In this document: positions 1 through 9,248 of the stretch, in pieces
Layout of the letters: the number at the start of each line of letters is the position of its first letter
Position numbering within the stretch: position 1 is the stretch's first letter
Virus record (IMG/VR): IMGVR_UViG_3300013125_000003
Span: 67,446 to 131,445 of that record
DNA: 64,000 nt
Source of the DNA: a virus
Direction: 5' to 3' (one strand)
The notes under the pieces: model-generated
What the model was told of the DNA's origin: nothing
The model's database searches: none
The model's input: the letters and a program-made list of their open reading frames with translations, nothing else
Translations under genes and position numbers: made by a program

Positions 1-1
1 T

Positions 2-97
2 GCATTCGAAAAGATTTGCAAGGAAGAAGAAACTGAAGACACCGGCGAGGAAACCGGCGAGGAAACAGGTGAAGAATCTACCGAAGAAGGAGCATAA
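2..97 (+). CDS. 3' end of an upstream gene (acidic C-terminal tail)
   Basis: The frame from nt 2 reads AFEKICKEEETEDTGEETGEETGEESTEEGA* (TAA 95-97) and is followed by a terminator. Confidence 0.7.
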   Translation, partial: AFEKICKEEETEDTGEETGEETGEESTEEGA

Positions 98-123
98 CAT
101 CAGAAGACTTACTATACACTTAC

Positions 124-151
124 AAAAAAGGGGCTTAACCGCCCCTTTTTT
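124..151. terminator. Bidirectional intrinsic terminator
   Basis: AAAAAAGGGGC-ttaacc-GCCCCTTTTTT hairpin between convergent genes. Confidence 0.85.
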
Positions 152-548
152 ATTGTGATTTGAGAATCTTTACATGATTTGGAACTCGAAGCTCCCCGTC
201 AAAATCGACCAAGACTGGGTCGAACTGAACGTCAGAGTAAGTTCCTGCCAGAAAATCAATGGTGTTCAGTATCGTGTTTGTGGTAAGGTTTGAGTTTATG
301 TAAACGATTCTTTTGTACTTACGGTTCCTAACGTTTATCGCTTTATCGATGATCTTCTTAATCTCGTAGTTTATCAAAAACGCTTGAATCTTATTCGGAA
401 CAACTATCTCGTGAGAGAACTTATCCCTCATGATCTTATTCACGTTCAGCAAGTAGTCGGACTTACCTTTCTTGTGAAAGACCTGACTGAACTGTTTCTG
501 GTCAGTCACGAATACTACCTGTAAAGCTCTTACTGGATCTTCAATCAT
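150..548 (-). CDS. Hypothetical protein
   Basis: 132-aa ORF with an ATGA overlap with the upstream deaminase stop; no motif recognised. Confidence 0.75.
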   Translation of the reverse strand: MIEDPVRALQVVFVTDQKQFSQVFHKKGKSDYLLNVNKIMRDKFSHEIVVPNKIQAFLINYEIKKIIDKAINVRNRKYKRIVYINSNLTTNTILNTIDFLAGTYSDVQFDPVLVDFDGELRVPNHVKILKSQ

Positions 549-1000
549 TCAGCTGGGTTTAGTTTCTTTATCTCAATTCCGGCTTTCTTTAGCAATTCGA
601 GGCCTGTTATGTCTCGGTACTCTTCTTCGTAAACGAGACGTTTTATTCCAGCTTGCAGGATTAACTTGCTACACTCAGCGCACGGTGAGCTAGTGATGTA
701 CAGGGTTCCACCATCGCAACTCTGGGTTGATTTAGCAACCTTGAGAATAGCGTTAGCTTCAGCGTGGAGAACGTACCACTTAGTTCTGTAGCCGACAAAA
801 TTTCCATTTTCGTCATTGACCACTTCCTCACACTCATTTTCAAAACCGGAAGGAGTACCGTTGTACCCATCGGATATGATGGAGCCGTTCTTAACTATGA
901 GAGCTCCTACTTTCAAACGCTTCGCGTAAGACAGTTTTGACCACGATTTGGCCATTTCCATGTAAACGTGATCAACTAGATCTTGCTTTGCTGGGTTCAT
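545..1000 (-). CDS. dCMP deaminase
   Basis: KVGALIV, GYNGTP, HAEANAI and SPCAECS zinc-deaminase motifs. Start placed at ATG 1000 (MNPAKQ), just after the upstream stop. Confidence 0.93.
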   Translation of the reverse strand: MNPAKQDLVDHVYMEMAKSWSKLSYAKRLKVGALIVKNGSIISDGYNGTPSGFENECEEVVNDENGNFVGYRTKWYVLHAEANAILKVAKSTQSCDGGTLYITSSPCAECSKLILQAGIKRLVYEEEYRDITGLELLKKAGIEIKKLNPAE

Positions 1001-1002
1001 TG

Positions 1003-1887
1003 TTACTTGGTCTTTGTGATGTTTTTGTAAATCCATTCGCAAATATCATCTTCGTCCTGGAAGATTAAAAATTCAGGTGTGCCTGTTTCGATGTGGCTAG
1101 CCAGAGTTAATAGATTGTTAGTCGGCTCTCCGTCAATATTTATCAGGTCATTTTTTACCATCGGCATCTTCACCGGCACAAAATCGTTTTCTAACATTTT
1201 GTTAACAAGCTCGTAGTGACGATCGTACACGTGGTACGAATCCGCAACGTGCGTGTAGGTTCCAAGCTCAAGATCCGGGTAAACCGTTCTCAAGTGATTC
1301 AGCATTTGCATCTGAAGAGAACAGAAGAAAGCAGCGTCGGTCGGCGTTCCCCAAACAGCGTCATTGCTTCTGATGTTCAACTTCAAGTGAAGCTTGTTAT
1401 CGCGTATGTGAACGTTAACGTTCATGGTGCAAACGAAATCCTTGTTTCCAAAGTACTGGTGTATCGGCATGTTAAAGTGCATGATAGCCTGCCTGGTGTA
1501 GGGATCCTTGATGAGGGATTGCATTGCCCATTGGTACTGCGAAAATCCGTGCTGGTTTTTCATCCTGAAGATGAGATTGCCGTAAGCTGAATTAGCTGTA
1601 CCGTCATCGTTTTGGATCTGTTCCCAAAACTTTGCCCACTTGGAAATGAAAGCTACATCGTTCCGTCCCAGGTAATACCATACCAATTCAGCGGCAATGT
1701 ATTTCATCTGCGAGCTACGCGCTGGGTTTGTGTACAAGCATGACCTTGGGTCTTCGACTACTAGAGCAACGTTAAGCTGTTCCTTGCTTATCGTACCCCT
1801 GGCATTATTTTCCGGGCAATTGTTCATGACGTGATGCAGAGAGTCCCTGTAACATTCAGCAAACGTGTTAGCTTGAAATACTTTCAT
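1003..1887 (-). CDS. Thymidylate synthase superfamily protein, possibly a dCMP hydroxymethylase/methylase
   Basis: NSAYG, TRQA, DFVCT (catalytic Cys), RSNDAVWGTPTD and SYHVY motifs. Confidence 0.85.
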   Translation of the reverse strand: MKVFQANTFAECYRDSLHHVMNNCPENNARGTISKEQLNVALVVEDPRSCLYTNPARSSQMKYIAAELVWYYLGRNDVAFISKWAKFWEQIQNDDGTANSAYGNLIFRMKNQHGFSQYQWAMQSLIKDPYTRQAIMHFNMPIHQYFGNKDFVCTMNVNVHIRDNKLHLKLNIRSNDAVWGTPTDAAFFCSLQMQMLNHLRTVYPDLELGTYTHVADSYHVYDRHYELVNKMLENDFVPVKMPMVKNDLINIDGEPTNNLLTLASHIETGTPEFLIFQDEDDICEWIYKNITKTK

Positions 1888-2083
1888 TAGTTGTTTTTTC
1901 TTGATTTTTTATTCCCATCCAATTATGACCATCTGGCTGAATTTGTGTAGTTGTAAAATAATCGCATTCCGCGGAAATCTCAGTAGACAGATTTTCAGCA
2001 TCTTCTTTGCTTAAATTTGATTTAACTTGAGCATATCCGCCAAACGGATCTCCAACAAATACAGTATATCCATATCGTTTGAT
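1868..2083 (-). pseudogene. 72-codon open frame without a canonical start (possible ATC start or decayed gene)
   Basis: Reads IKRYGYTVFVGDPFGGYAQVKSNLSKEDAENL...NESISS*. It fills the gap between a promoter and the TS-like gene and overlaps the TS start. Confidence 0.35.
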
Positions 2084-2095
2084 TCTTTACTTTAT

Positions 2096-2122
2096 ATTGT
2101 ATTAATTACTGCGAATTAGTTT
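2096..2122 (-). promoter_or_regulatory. AAAC-N17-TAnAAT class promoter
   Basis: Minus strand AAAC-taattcgcagtaattaa-TACAAT. Confidence 0.7.
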
Positions 2123-3791
2123 ACGAAAATTTGATGTCTGAGAAGTGATCTACCTTCTGAACTGACAATTTTCTATCGAAAAGTTCCTCCGGTAGAGGAG
2201 AATGCGAAATGACGAACACTGTCATCCTATACTTTTTGGAAAAAGTTTTGAGAAGGTCAACCACCCGGTATATCGATTCTACATCTAGCGATGAAAATAT
2301 CTCGTCCAAGAAAAGAAGGTTGATGCTGTTGTTCTTCAACTTTATCAGCTCAATGATTCCTAACAGGACTATAAGGTTCATCTTTTTCTGCTCTCCAGTA
2401 GAAAGTGAGTCCGGCGAGATCTGAACTCCTAATTGTGTGATGACTGGCTCGAAATTCATGTCGAACTCGAAAGCAAACGGAAAATCCAAAACCTTAGCGG
2501 TCCTCAATAGTTTCTTGTTGAGGACGGGAAGTATCTCGGCCATCAGCATGCGTTTCATTCCGTTGTCAGAAAGAAGATCTTCCGATTCGACCGAAACTTT
2601 TATCTGGTCAACCAACTTATCTCGTTCAATGCTTGCTTTTTCCAAAGCTTTCTTTATGGTTTCAACTACCTCAGCAAGGTAACTAGTGCCGTCAGTATCG
2701 AGATCCTCTTCCATGCTCAAACCTGAAAGTTCCTTTCTTAACGGGGCTAACAGTGCATCTATCTGGTAGAACCGGTTCTTTGCAAATTCCTGCTCTCCTT
2801 TTTTCTCTGAAAGAACAGTTTCGGCTTTCTTCACAGTTTCAGATAGGGTTGGAATCTGCTTTTCTTGAGAAGATTTTTGCTCAACTATGTCATCCTTTAT
2901 CTTGGAATGGTTAGCATCAGTGAGATCCGACAAGCAGTGAGGGCACTTATTATTGTTCTTGTAGAGCTGTAGTTTCTTATCCCAATCCAAGATGTTCATC
3001 TGTGCAGCTGTCCTAGCATCCCTAGCTTCAGTCACAGCTTTTTCCAAAGTCTGAACTTCTTTCGTGATGTTGTTATAGTTATCTTTGTAAAAGTCCTTGT
3101 CCTTTGCTAATTGTTCGATTCGTTCGGTTACTTCCTTCTTTCTAGCTTCTTTCTGAACCGAAAGATCCTCCTTCATAGTGTTCAGTTGGGTCAAGGAATT
3201 CTCAAGAGTTTTTCTGTTACTTTCCATGGATGAATCAAGAGTCAACAGAGCAGCTTTTAAAGTCTTCAGCTGTTCCTTGTTCTTCTTGGCCATGTAATTA
3301 ACGACTTCCAGCCCGAATATCTTATCGATGATCTGTCGTTTATCAGATGGACTGAGTTTAACGAAACTCTTAAAATCGTTTATCGAGAGACTTATCGTGT
3401 TGGAAAAAACGTTGAACGGAATCTTCACGAGTTCCTCTTCGACAAAGTCGTCCATCCTTCTTTTGTCAGGAAGGTTGTGTTCTACTCCGTTGATAGCGAG
3501 CCTGGAGAAATTAGGTTCCAGGCCTCTCTCTATCTCTATTCTATCACCGTTATCCGTGATGAAGTCTACGAAAGTGTAACCGTTCTTGTTCAAACGGTTC
3601 GGCAGTTCCTTGGTCTTGCGTATCGAAGATTTGCCGTAGAGCGAAAATGTGATAGCATCCGAGATGGTGGATTTTCCGCCGCCGTTCTTTCCTTCAACTA
3701 GGATCAACTGTGGATCCTCAGAGAAGGAAAATGCTTGGACCTTGTTTCCGTACGAGCAAAGGTTCTTAAATGAAAAGTTGAGTAGCTTCAT
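2121..3791 (-). CDS. SbcC/Rad50-like recombination ATPase (T4 gp46-like)
   Basis: Walker A GKNGGGKS, coiled coil with CPHC zinc hook, LSTGE signature, Walker B LFLDE, ISH. Confidence 0.95.
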   Translation of the reverse strand: MKLLNFSFKNLCSYGNKVQAFSFSEDPQLILVEGKNGGGKSTISDAITFSLYGKSSIRKTKELPNRLNKNGYTFVDFITDNGDRIEIERGLEPNFSRLAINGVEHNLPDKRRMDDFVEEELVKIPFNVFSNTISLSINDFKSFVKLSPSDKRQIIDKIFGLEVVNYMAKKNKEQLKTLKAALLTLDSSMESNRKTLENSLTQLNTMKEDLSVQKEARKKEVTERIEQLAKDKDFYKDNYNNITKEVQTLEKAVTEARDARTAAQMNILDWDKKLQLYKNNNKCPHCLSDLTDANHSKIKDDIVEQKSSQEKQIPTLSETVKKAETVLSEKKGEQEFAKNRFYQIDALLAPLRKELSGLSMEEDLDTDGTSYLAEVVETIKKALEKASIERDKLVDQIKVSVESEDLLSDNGMKRMLMAEILPVLNKKLLRTAKVLDFPFAFEFDMNFEPVITQLGVQISPDSLSTGEQKKMNLIVLLGIIELIKLKNNSINLLFLDEIFSSLDVESIYRVVDLLKTFSKKYRMTVFVISHSPLPEELFDRKLSVQKVDHFSDIKFS

Positions 3792-3793
3792 AG

Positions 3794-4288
3794 TTATTGC
3801 TTAAAGTAAGTTAGTTCGTTCCCTCTAGAAACGAACCTAACTGTTTTGAAAACGCAGACTTTGTTGTCCTCATGATACTCACATATAAGGTTTGGAATTT
3901 CGCTAGTTCGGTATAGCATTCCGTTTCCCAACATCACTACGTGAGACTTTGATTCTAGAAGAGCAGTCGGATTCATCTTCGACATGAGAATTCTCCTGAA
4001 TTCGTCAGGCGTTATCTCGCCTCGGTCCAATCGTTTTTCTAGTTCCAGTTCGCTCAGCTCAGCTAGCAGCTCGTATTCCTTTTTCAGAACAGCGGAATCT
4101 GTGAAAATCTTTTCCTGAAACGATGGAACTACCTTTCCTAGAATGATTGCCTCTTTCTTAGTTAGGATAGAAACTGGGCAGATTTCGACGATCTCGTCCA
4201 TGGGTATGTCGGTCCTAGCTAGGACCACGTAATTCGCTCCGCCTAAGTTCTTTACAAAAACGTAATCGCTGACGTATGGGTTAAGCAT
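3794..4288 (-). CDS. Degenerate SET-domain-like protein
   Basis: VLARTDIPMDEIVEICPV...LGNGMLYRTSEIPN...FKTVRFVSRGNELT follows the minimal prokaryotic SET pattern, but NHS is replaced by RTS. Confidence 0.65.
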   Translation of the reverse strand: MLNPYVSDYVFVKNLGGANYVVLARTDIPMDEIVEICPVSILTKKEAIILGKVVPSFQEKIFTDSAVLKKEYELLAELSELELEKRLDRGEITPDEFRRILMSKMNPTALLESKSHVVMLGNGMLYRTSEIPNLICEYHEDNKVCVFKTVRFVSRGNELTYFKQ

Positions 4289-5399
4289 TGTTCTGTTCCT
4301 CCATCACTTCTTTGTGAAGTTCAACGAACTTTGAAGCTATCTTTTTCTTAAAATCTAACGGGTAGTCCTTGGTCTTTAAGTATGCTTTGAATATGTCGAA
4401 TAGGTTAAAATCTTTGTCTGGATCGAACTCGTCGGCGGTTGCCGTATTTTCGACCCTTTCCTTATCGGTGTACGTGAAAAATTCCAATCTTCGGTGAGTT
4501 GAATTAGCAATTTCTTCCAAGAACCGAGGAACCGGAAATTTGTTTGCGAACTTCACGTTTATCATCACGTCAACAAAATTATTAGAGAATTGTTCCACGA
4601 TAGCGGACTTTGGCATGTCCAAAATGTCGAAAATGTCGTACTTTAAAAAGATCGGCGACTTAGAATTTCGTATGAATTGTTCCTGTATCTCCGGCGTGTC
4701 AACTTGCAACCTGTAAAAACCTCTAGTGTTTCCGATATCTCCTCTATCCATCTGGTAAGGAGAACCGGTGTACAAGATATTTCCTTTTTCCTGCCTGATG
4801 TGAATGTGCCCGCTGTAAACTCGCTTGTACTCAGCAAACGATTCTTTTTCTAATCCTTTTTCGATAGTTACCCACTTGTTGTACTTGAAACCGACGATGT
4901 CTGTGTGACACACAACGTACTGACAGAACTTAAGGTGATCAACTAAAATGTTCTTCACTTTGGCTGGATCGTCCACCCACGGAAGCATCAAAAAATCGTG
5001 CTGGTTGTTTATTGATAGGATCTCAGGCGTTTCAAAAACGTGAATGTTGTCTGCTAAGTTTCCGATTGACCTTAACGAATGAACTTCGCTCTTGTCTTTG
5101 TAGTAAGTATCGTGATTTCCGGTTATTGTGAAAACCCCTCGTTTGAACTTTTTAGCTAGAACAGTAAATAGGTCCAAAACTTCGTTCTGGACTCTGACGT
5201 TTACCGCTTCACGGTAGTGAAATACGTCTCCTTCAAAAACCAAGATGTCCCTAGCCTCGTCGAAATCAGCATCGATCTTCTTCAGAAAAAAATTCATGAA
5301 AAAGTCTTTCTGTATCTCAGACCACTCAATTGAGTTGTTGCGTATCCCAAAGTGAGTGTCACCGATTAAGTAAACGTATCTTATGTTAGTTAGCTTCAT
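4281..5399 (-). CDS. SbcD/Mre11-like nuclease (T4 gp47-like)
   Basis: Metallophosphoesterase motifs GDTHFG, GDVF, GNHD, GHIH, plus YTGSPYQ. Confidence 0.95.
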   Translation of the reverse strand: MKLTNIRYVYLIGDTHFGIRNNSIEWSEIQKDFFMNFFLKKIDADFDEARDILVFEGDVFHYREAVNVRVQNEVLDLFTVLAKKFKRGVFTITGNHDTYYKDKSEVHSLRSIGNLADNIHVFETPEILSINNQHDFLMLPWVDDPAKVKNILVDHLKFCQYVVCHTDIVGFKYNKWVTIEKGLEKESFAEYKRVYSGHIHIRQEKGNILYTGSPYQMDRGDIGNTRGFYRLQVDTPEIQEQFIRNSKSPIFLKYDIFDILDMPKSAIVEQFSNNFVDVMINVKFANKFPVPRFLEEIANSTHRRLEFFTYTDKERVENTATADEFDPDKDFNLFDIFKAYLKTKDYPLDFKKKIASKFVELHKEVMEEQNNA

Positions 5400-6073
5400 T
5401 ACTCGTAAATTCTAAATTCCTTTGATGCTTTGTCGAGAAAATGGTAATCCTTATCGAGCTCGACGAGCAAAATTTCCTTGTTCTCGTAAGTTAACATGTC
5501 AAATAATTTCTTTGTCTCTATTCCAGTAAGTGACCCAATCGAATCAAAAATGTAAATAGGATTGACAAAGACGCTCTGCTTTGATCCCGGTCCTATTCCT
5601 GCTCTAATGAACTCAAAGAGGAAGTTTATCTCAGTCTTGGTGTATTTTTTTCTCTCCGGTTCTTTTCTGAGAATTTCCTGAACTTCCGGGGCTTCTGATA
5701 TGAAATTGTGAATGTCAACTTGTGTTATCTTATCGTCAACATAATCGGAATGCTTGTCCCGATCGTACATCACGAATTCTGGAGAACTTGGATCTATCTT
5801 GATCTCGCTTCGCGAGCTTGACATTTCCTCGTGTTCCTCAGCCTGCTGCCCTCCCATGTTGTAGGAATTGTTGAAGATCTTATCGGTCTTTTTGAGCTGG
5901 GCATACGCAACTCTGCGTCTTTCCAATTCTTCCTGATCTTCATCCACCGGTTCTTCAGGTAAGTCGTCCGCTCCAAAATCCACAAGGTCCGAAGACGGCA
6001 TAAGTTCGTCAACTTGATCGTCTGACTGATCTTCGATTACATCATCGAATATCGTATCTTCATTGTCTTTCAA
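5399..6073 (-). CDS. Hypothetical protein with acidic N-terminus
   Basis: 224-aa ORF (TTG start) tightly packed in the operon. Confidence 0.75.
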   Translation of the reverse strand: MKDNEDTIFDDVIEDQSDDQVDELMPSSDLVDFGADDLPEEPVDEDQEELERRRVAYAQLKKTDKIFNNSYNMGGQQAEEHEEMSSSRSEIKIDPSSPEFVMYDRDKHSDYVDDKITQVDIHNFISEAPEVQEILRKEPERKKYTKTEINFLFEFIRAGIGPGSKQSVFVNPIYIFDSIGSLTGIETKKLFDMLTYENKEILLVELDKDYHFLDKASKEFRIYE

Positions 6074-6089
6074 AGTTTAGTTAGTTATT

Positions 6090-7658
6090 TTAGCTTATCT
6101 CATTCAGTATGTCATCATGAGACTTTTTTGGCCCTCTTGGTTTTTCAGGAGGAGGTTGCTGCGGAAAATCCTCAGCTACCTGGGGTTGAATTTGCGGAAA
6201 ATCATCGTCTAGGTTCAATCCCAACGACGGAACGTCAGTAGTCTGAGCAGTTTGGTACTGGCTTCGCATCTGTTCTTCCAGCGATTGAGTATCGTCATCG
6301 TCTGAGTAATACTCGGAGGCTGGATCCGTTTCTTCTATCAGTTTGGAATACTCGTAATCCAACCTGAACATCTTGAAGCTCTCGTTGTAACCGCCGTCTC
6401 TGTTTGCGATAAGCTTTATCTTCATTCTTCTTTCAAGCGGACCTCTTATCAGACCGAACAATGAATCCACCGTGTGAATTAGGCCGAACGATTCAGCGAC
6501 ATCAGTCATTCCTAAGTCCTGATCATCTACTGCTTCTCGTTTTATCTGAGTAGCTGATATGATGCACCATTCGTTTCGTATGGCGACTGCTCTGAGTTCC
6601 TCGCTGATCGTCTTTACGTTTCCGTACATGTTTCCCTGATCTCGAAGAGGTCTCATCAAGTTCAGGTAGTCTACGATTATGACTTTGAACTTGATGCCGG
6701 TGTTCTGCTGAACCCGTAAGAAGTAATTTTCTATGTCGATCGCGGTGGCGGAACCCGCGCCAAATTCTCTAACTTCCAAGTGTCCTAAGTTGGGCACTTT
6801 TTCTCTTAAAGAATTTATTCGTTCGTCGATGCCGACCGCATCTTCCTTGGTCAAGTAAGAATCGTACTCCTTAGTGCGAATGTTTAGGATAGTGGACCCT
6901 AACCTCTTCATGTACTTTCGGTCAGAGAGTTCAAGCGTAGCGATACCAACGTCAACTCCGCTTAAGAAAGCCCTGGCTCCGATGTTCGAAAGAACCATCG
7001 ATTTTCCGACCTTCGGCCTACCTTGGAATATGACCAACGTTTTTGGGTTCCATCCGCCATCTAAGACCTTATTGAAAAACGGAAAACCTGTTGGAGTTCC
7101 GACTTTTGAAAGTTGAATGTGGTGATTAGCATTGAAAAAGTTTAACCCTGAATCTGCGCTAGTAAAAGATAAGTTGAGTTTATCGCTGAACTTAGTTCGA
7201 ACTTCGTTGGTGATGAGCTCGATGTTATCTGGATTTACCTCTGCCGTTTTTAAGTAGGAAAGAGTCTCGATAGTTACCTCATTGAGGTTCTTCAAAAGAA
7301 CGAAAGCTTTGGTATACTTGACTAAGAAATCGTAAGTCATCGATTTTAAGTCGATTTCAAATAGCTTTTCGAACTTATCTTCCGGAATGTCAAGGTTGGC
7401 TAAATTGGACAACTCTCTGATCTCGTTCTTCGTTGGGACTTTTCGGTATTCAACGAAGAACTTTTTGACTTCCCTGTAAACTTTTTGAAGAACATCATCG
7501 TTAAAATAGTGAGGTTTCACGGCAGCGATGACTTCACGTTTGTCGATCGACTCACTATTTTTTGGTTTGATCACTACCTCATTATCGTCTGGCATCAGAA
7601 CGAAATTGAATATCAATTTCTCCAGCAGCTCGATATTTTCCTTAAAATCTATTACCAT
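6090..7658 (-). CDS. DnaB-like replicative helicase (T4 gp41-like)
   Basis: GRPKVGKS, TLELS, IIVDYLNL, SATQ and ESFG motifs. Confidence 0.95.
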   Translation of the reverse strand: MVIDFKENIELLEKLIFNFVLMPDDNEVVIKPKNSESIDKREVIAAVKPHYFNDDVLQKVYREVKKFFVEYRKVPTKNEIRELSNLANLDIPEDKFEKLFEIDLKSMTYDFLVKYTKAFVLLKNLNEVTIETLSYLKTAEVNPDNIELITNEVRTKFSDKLNLSFTSADSGLNFFNANHHIQLSKVGTPTGFPFFNKVLDGGWNPKTLVIFQGRPKVGKSMVLSNIGARAFLSGVDVGIATLELSDRKYMKRLGSTILNIRTKEYDSYLTKEDAVGIDERINSLREKVPNLGHLEVREFGAGSATAIDIENYFLRVQQNTGIKFKVIIVDYLNLMRPLRDQGNMYGNVKTISEELRAVAIRNEWCIISATQIKREAVDDQDLGMTDVAESFGLIHTVDSLFGLIRGPLERRMKIKLIANRDGGYNESFKMFRLDYEYSKLIEETDPASEYYSDDDDTQSLEEQMRSQYQTAQTTDVPSLGLNLDDDFPQIQPQVAEDFPQQPPPEKPRGPKKSHDDILNEIS

Positions 7659-7668
7659 GTGAATTGGG

Positions 7669-8010
7669 TTAACTTATTGAATAGTACCGTGAAAATTCCG
7701 ACTTGCTGATGTAAAGGTATTCGCCTCTTCTTTCGAGCGCCTCGGAATCTATGAGGTCTTTCAGTATGGCTTTTATACGTCCCAAGAATTCTTCGGATTT
7801 AGTGTTGTCACCAAAAACGTACTTGAGAGTCTTTACTGAGAATTTTATATCAGCTGGATTCCATTCCTTTTCACGTGACTCAGCAACTCTAACTAGGTGC
7901 GAGATCACGTCGAACATGAAATCCTGAGACGTTGGATAGTTTGGCATGCTCTGGTGCAATCCCAAAGAATACTTTATGGGAAGAGTTTCTTGAATCTTAA
8001 AGTTCATCAC
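7669..8010 (-). CDS. Hypothetical protein (possibly winged-helix-like)
   Basis: 113-aa ORF between uvsX and helicase. The C-terminal LKDLIDSEALERRGEYLYI resembles a helix plus wing. Confidence 0.65.
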   Translation of the reverse strand: MMNFKIQETLPIKYSLGLHQSMPNYPTSQDFMFDVISHLVRVAESREKEWNPADIKFSVKTLKYVFGDNTKSEEFLGRIKAILKDLIDSEALERRGEYLYISKSEFSRYYSIS

Positions 8011-9193
8011 CCGGTCCTTCCTCTTCCGAGTCAGCTAATTCTTCTGCTTCCAGTTCGGACAAACCCTCAACTGTTTCTGGGTATTTGAACTTCGGCTTTA
8101 TGACGTTCTCGTCCAATGCGTGAAGCACGTCCTGTGTAAAGAGACGAGAGGTAAAGAACTGTCTAACTGGAACTTCATCGCCGTTGTGACTGATGATGTA
8201 GTTCTGAGCTTTTGGTCCTGGCTTGAAGTAGAATGTGTCGTTTCCGACTGTAAAAGGATGACAATCTTTCTGCTCGTCCGGCTTTAACTTTAGGTACTCC
8301 TTCTCGGTCAATTTTTTTCCACGGCCGACTCCGCAGCCGACCCAATCAACGTAACCCTGCAAGCCAACGAATGGGTTCATACCTTTCTGGTGAGAGATGT
8401 GAAATTCGATCTCAATCGGACGAGCAAGACGGTTCTTTCTGGTCTTCGACCTAACGATGATTCCGGTTGCAGTCTTTTCATCGTCTCGTAGTATTCCCTT
8501 GCTAAGCATGAGAATGATAGAAGCTGCGAATTCTGGACCGCCTCCGCCGCTGGGGGATTTGCCGGTGTATGCATCGGTCCCGCTGTAAGTGTGGTTAGTG
8601 AAGATGAAGGGAATGGCTAAGTTGGAAAGGTCCAAGGTGAACGATTTGAAAAGAGCCCTGAGCTCCTTAGCCCGAAGACCCATATCTGCTGCGTTCTTTC
8701 CTTTCTCGATGTCAGCGATAGATTTGTCTGTGTCTAACATGCCTACAGAATCGACGAACAGAGCGATCTTTAGGTCTGAACTTTCCTTCTTGGTCTTTAT
8801 CATACCATCGACGAAAAACTTAACGTCGCTGATCAGTTTCATCCTGTAGTATTTGAGCATTCCTAAATCAGCTCCAAACTTCGGAAAGTCGGTTGAGTCG
8901 ATAGCTCCCTCGGTGTCAATGTAAAACACGTAGTAACCCATCTTCTGAAGCTCTCGAACAGCATTCATGCAGAGGAAAGTTTTTCCAGCTCCTGGATCGC
9001 CAGCTATTCCAATGCTTCGAGTGTTTGGAAAACCTCCGAAGATTGAACCGGACAGCTGTGCATTTAGTAGGTAATTTCCGGTAGGAATGAACTCGCTGAT
9101 ATCCGCGAATCCCTTTAATTCGACTATTGATTTTACGCGTTTTTCCAAGTTATCGGTGAACTTCTCAAACGCTTCAAATGGTGTTTTTGCCAT
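7997..9193 (-). CDS. uvsX: RecA-family recombinase (UvsX-like)
   Basis: IPTG, Walker A GDPGAGKT, YIDTE, VDSVG, DMGLRA, TNH and SGGGG motifs. Confidence 0.93.
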   Translation of the reverse strand: MAKTPFEAFEKFTDNLEKRVKSIVELKGFADISEFIPTGNYLLNAQLSGSIFGGFPNTRSIGIAGDPGAGKTFLCMNAVRELQKMGYYVFYIDTEGAIDSTDFPKFGADLGMLKYYRMKLISDVKFFVDGMIKTKKESSDLKIALFVDSVGMLDTDKSIADIEKGKNAADMGLRAKELRALFKSFTLDLSNLAIPFIFTNHTYSGTDAYTGKSPSGGGGPEFAASIILMLSKGILRDDEKTATGIIVRSKTRKNRLARPIEIEFHISHQKGMNPFVGLQGYVDWVGCGVGRGKKLTEKEYLKLKPDEQKDCHPFTVGNDTFYFKPGPKAQNYIISHNGDEVPVRQFFTSRLFTQDVLHALDENVIKPKFKYPETVEGLSELEAEELADSEEEGPGDEL

Positions 9194-9221
9194 GCGTAAT
9201 GCGTATTTTTCGGTATACTGT

Positions 9222-9248
9222 ATTGTACACCGAAGATCACGCGAGTTT
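9222..9248 (-). promoter_or_regulatory. AAAC-N17-TAnAAT class promoter (uvsX operon)
   Basis: Minus strand AAAC-tcgcgtgatcttcggtg-TACAAT, 28 nt before the uvsX ATG. Confidence 0.75.
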
